NCBI GenBank assembly: GCA_977017575.1
Contig: CDRNVI010000150.1
Location: 6,969-70,968 of the forward strand
DNA length: 64,000 bases
Direction of reading: 5' to 3'
DNA from: Paramoeba atlantica
Taxonomy: Eukaryota > Protista > Discosea
In this document: positions 60,192 through 64,000 of the stretch, piece by piece
Numbering within the stretch: position 1 is the first letter of the stretch
How the letters are laid out: every line of letters begins with the position of its first letter
The notes under the pieces: generated by a model
Seen by the model: only the letters and a program-made list of their open reading frames with translations
Told to the model about the DNA's origin: nothing
The model's database searches: none
Position numbers and translations under genes: made by a program

Positions 60192-62421
60192 TTATTTCCA
60201 CAATTCAATTGACTTTTTCTCCCAATCAGAAACAATAATTGTTCCAAATGAATCAATAACAATCCCAGAAGGATCTCTCATGTAATGTTGACCAAATGAA
60301 AAAAGAAATGTTCCATCTTTCTCAAACACACTCACTCTTCTATTTCCTTTATCACAAACAACAATTCTACCTTCCCCATCAACATCAACACCTTCTGGAT
60401 ACTTCAATTGAGAATCATCTGAACCTTGTGTTCCAAAACATCGAATAAAATTCCCTTCAATATCCATCACTTGAATCCGATGATTCCAAGTATCACAAAT
60501 AACAATATTCCCATCTCTATCAACTACAACACTATGAGGTCCATTAAATCGACCTTCAAAAGAACCTTCTGAACCAAAAGAACGAAGAAAAGATCCATCA
60601 TTATCAAACACTTGAATTCGATGATTGTAAGTATCAGCAACAATAATTCGACCTTCTTCATCCACATCCACACCATATGGTTCATTAAACTGACCATCTT
60701 TAGAACCATATGATCCAAAAGATTTGATCAATTCTCCTTCTTTGTTTAATATTACAACTCTCCGGAAATCTTGAGAACAATCAAGAACAACAATTTGATC
60801 ATTCAATCCAATTGAAACATCAGAAGATTTCAAATGAAGTGAATCAATTGTTTTTTGAATTGTTGATTCAATCATCTCATTTCCTTCTTTATCTCTCACT
60901 TTCAATCCACCTGAACCTTCACAAACAAAAATATTCCCATCACTGTTCACACTCACTCCATAAGGATATTTCGGAAAAGAAGAAACAAAACGAATCGAAT
61001 CACCACCACCATCACAACAAATCACTCCTTTCTTTGGTTTGAGTAATCCAACACCTCCTTCAGAAACAATATCAGTTGCAGTTTGAAGAAGAGTTGAAAA
61101 AAGTTGATCATCAAAAAAAAGAGAAACATCACAATCAGTTGTTGTTGTTGTTGTTGTTGTTGGGGTGTTGGATAAACGAATAATTGAATCTTTTCTGATT
61201 CTCAAATCTTCTTTCTCTAATTCTATTTCTTTCTTTTCAATTCTTTTCTTTTCTAATTTCTTTTCTAATTCTTTCATTTCTTCTTCAATCCTTTTTCTTT
61301 CTTTTTCAATCAAAATCAATCTTTTCTCCAATTTATCTCCAATCTTTACAACTTCATTTTTCTTCTCCAAAATACTTTCTTCAATTGATTTCACTTTCTT
61401 TCTGTGATCATCATGTGATTCAAGAATACAACGAATACAAACAAAAGAAGAACATTGAAAACAAAATCCCCAAATTGTTTCAGATGGGTGTTTTGAACAT
61501 TCTCTCTTCTTCAAATTCTCCAATCCCACTCCCATCACCCCTCCCTCCTCCTCCAATCTTCTTCTTCTTCCACCTCCATCAACACCATCTCTTTCACATC
61601 GGTTGTGATTTCGAGAGAAAAGAGTTGAGGTGTGAGATGGATCACAAGAATCACAAATAAACATGTTACAATCAGAACAATACATTTGAGTTTGTTCTCC
61701 ACACGTTTCGAAATTCACACATTCTCCATTTCCTGTTCAAAAAATATGTTATTCAACAATTTGAAATAGCTTTTTTTCAAAAAAAAGAGGAAAGAAAGAA
61801 AGGGAATAGAGGAAAGAAAGAGAGGGAGTTCAAAAAATGGAAATAAAAACCTGATTGATTGGAGAAAGAGATCAAATTTGAAGAAAGAAGAACATCAATC
61901 GTTTCTGGAATCAAATAATTCATCGAAAATGTTTCAATGCTTTCACATTCATTCATTTCTCGACAAACTGGACATTTCACTCCTTTCAAAGAGGAAGGAG
62001 AGGAAGAAGAAGAGGAGGAAGAAGAGGAAGAAGAAGAAGAAGAGGAAGAAGGATTTTGAAGAAGAAAGAGATTGTTGAGACAAGGAAAACAAAAAGAAAG
62101 ACCACAACAAGGTAACAACCTTGGTTCTTTTTCCCAATTCATCAACTCCAAACATATCCCACATTCAAATCTTTTCTTTTTCTCTTCTTCTTCCTTTCTT
62201 CTTCTTTTCATCACCTCTTCTTCTCCTTCTTCACTTTGTTGTTCTCTCTTTCCAAGAACATCCTCACTTCTTCTTCTTTCTCTTTGTTCTATTTCATCAT
62301 CATCTTTAATCACAACAACAACAACATCATCAAGAGGAATTTGTTCTTTCTTTCCTCTTTTTAATTTTTTCCCCTCCTCCTCACTCCCACTTCTCTTTCT
62401 CTTTCCTCTTTGATCACTCAT
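60192..62421 (-). CDS. TRIM-NHL-like protein T5; 2 exons
   Basis: ATG 62421. Exon 1 ends at 61851. Intron 61850-61733. Exon 2 runs to ..KSIELWK*. Exon 1 is nearly identical to that of T2. Confidence 0.9.
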
Positions 62422-63094
62422 TTTATCTTCTTTTTTTAATCTCTCTCTCTCCAAATCAAAACAACACCTTTTTCGACGAAAATAGTTAAATGATGAGAGT
62501 TGTTGCTGAGAAGTTCAAGTGGGTGTGTGTGTGTACCAAGAGAGTTCTCTTTTTAAATAAGAGAATTGGTCGCTCTGTGTTAATATCATTTTGAGTGTCC
62601 AAATCAAGAAATGAAATTGTCAAAAGGGGTGAGAAAAAGAAGAAAATAAAAAAGGGGGAGGAAAGAAGAATGGAAAAGGAAATGAAGCGAAAAAGAAACA
62701 AACAAAACCAAACACAACAAAGAAAAAGAAAAAAGAAGAGAAAGAAGAAGAAAAAAAAGCAAACATTCTCTTGAAAAGAAGAAAGAGGGGTCACAAAGGC
62801 TCGTTCAATGGTCGTTGTATCTCTCAAAACAAAAAGAGAGAAGAGAGAGAAAGAGAAAGAGAAGCAAAGTTTTTGGTTTCCAAGAAAGAGATCTCTCTAA
62901 AACTCAACAAAAGAAAAGTTTTTTTTTGAAGACAACTCAAACAGAGAGAGAGAAAATGAGAGGAGACAAAGAAGAGAGAGACCCTCCAAACGAAAACAAG
63001 AGAGAGAGAGAAAGGTCCAAAATGAAGACACAGGCAACTGAAGAGGGACAAACGAAAAAACGAGAGAGAGGGAAGAAAAGGAAACAGAAAAAAG

Positions 63095-63548
63095 AATGAA
63101 CCCTTCCCACAAGGAGCACAGCTCCGAGTGGAGAAGGGAGTTTTTGCAGAAGAACAGTTTATTTCCTTTTAAGTGTTGTTTCTGTTAGGAAACAGTTTTG
63201 TGTCGAAAGAAGAAAGATTTGTGACTTCTCTTGTTTTTTCTGTCTTCCGCTTTCCTTCTGCCCTTTTCAATAGGCTGTGTTTTTTCCTCCCTTCTGCTTC
63301 CTCCCCACCTTTTCGGTCTTGTCAGCCTCGCCGTTCTCGACCAGTTTGTGTCTGCAGGGCTGTACAATGGGAGAGAAAAGACTATTTTGTCATGTTTAAT
63401 GCAAGAAAGAGGGCGGGCGCTGTTTTGTATTGTTTTGATCGGATTATAAGGTGTTGTATCTGTTATAATTAGCTTTGAAAGTAACTTTATTTAATAAAAT
63501 ACCCGTGCATTCCATCTCTGCTTTCCTTTCCCCTTTGGTGATGACTCC
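63095..63548. other. About 450-bp insertion relative to the paralogous upstream blocks, beginning with a GC-rich hairpin
   Basis: At 52675-52712 GGAAACAGAAAAAA and AAAAGAAAAAAGAAAGGGTCC are adjacent; here they are separated by unique higher-complexity sequence. Hairpin CCCTTC-CCAC-aa-GGAGC-aca-GCTCC-ga-GTGG-a-GAAGGG lies at 63101-63138. Confidence 0.65.
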
Positions 63549-64000
63549 AAAAAGAAAAAAGGAAGGGTCCAAAAAGACGATTCAAATTTTTTAAACATCT
63601 GAAAAAACCTTTTTTTTTTTTTTGTTTTTCCTCTTCTCTTCCCTCTCTTCTTCCTCTTCTCTTCCCTCTCTTCTTCCTCTTTCTCTCTTCCTTGGTTTCT
63701 ATTTTGTTTTTTTGTCCTCTTTGACAATTTATTTTGTCCCTCCTCCACTCTCTCTCTCATTGACATTTATTTTTTGTCCCACCCTTCTTCTTCTTCTCTC
63801 TCTCCCTCTCACTCTCTTCGTCTCTTTCAGGCTTTCTTGTGTTTTGTACCTCGACCTCCCTCTCTTTCTCTCCTCATTTTGTTAAAATTCAACTTTTGAG
63901 AGCGATTTGTTTTGGACCTTTCTCTCTCTTTCTCTCTCTCTTCTCTCTCTTTCTCTCTCTTCTCTCTCTCTCTCCTCTCTCATTTCGTTTGTACCTCTTC

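Larger units (their letters stand above)
47480..63110. repeat. Segmental duplication: block about 47480-52900 (pseudogene plus T2) repeated at about 56540-63110 (T4 plus T5)
   Basis: Matching gene orientations and N-termini, matching convergent spacers (about 49000-49740 vs 59500-60190) and matching upstream regions (about 52050-52750 vs 62460-63090). Confidence 0.8.

Noticed and set aside
43713-62421. Diversity-generating retroelement as the source of NHL variability
   Set aside because: No reverse transcriptase or template/variable repeat pair is visible, and changes are not restricted to adenines as far as I can see.

Overview
This is AT-rich, intron-dense eukaryotic nuclear DNA (GT-AG introns mostly about 60-150 nt, standard code), most consistent with a protist and possibly an amoebozoan (inference). 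There is no prokaryotic operon structure and no CRISPR array. In order along the window: (1) 3' end of a RasGEF gene (to 545). (2) A small TIR element with a 9-bp target duplication (819-1148). (3) A tandem array of seven minus-strand ankyrin-repeat genes plus a fragment (1149-24040); their introns are phase 0 with about one repeat per exon, and two copies have lost blocks of whole exons. (4) An unexplained island (about 24040-25300). (5) A spliced gene for a protein of about 3451 aa (25476-36122): N-terminal signal/anchor, Cys-rich domain, then about 75 tandem 40-aa repeats resembling the phage tail-fibre motif LxxxNGGTGAxTxxxARxNLxLG. This is the most striking feature. (6) Two complete RasGEF paralogues (36486-43654). 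(7) A cluster of six RING/B-box/B-box/coiled-coil/NHL (TRIM-NHL-like) genes whose variation concentrates on the predicted propeller binding face, with three tRNA-Glu genes and a 158-bp hairpin embedded. Gene models were spliced by eye; family assignments rest on motif recognition, not database searches.
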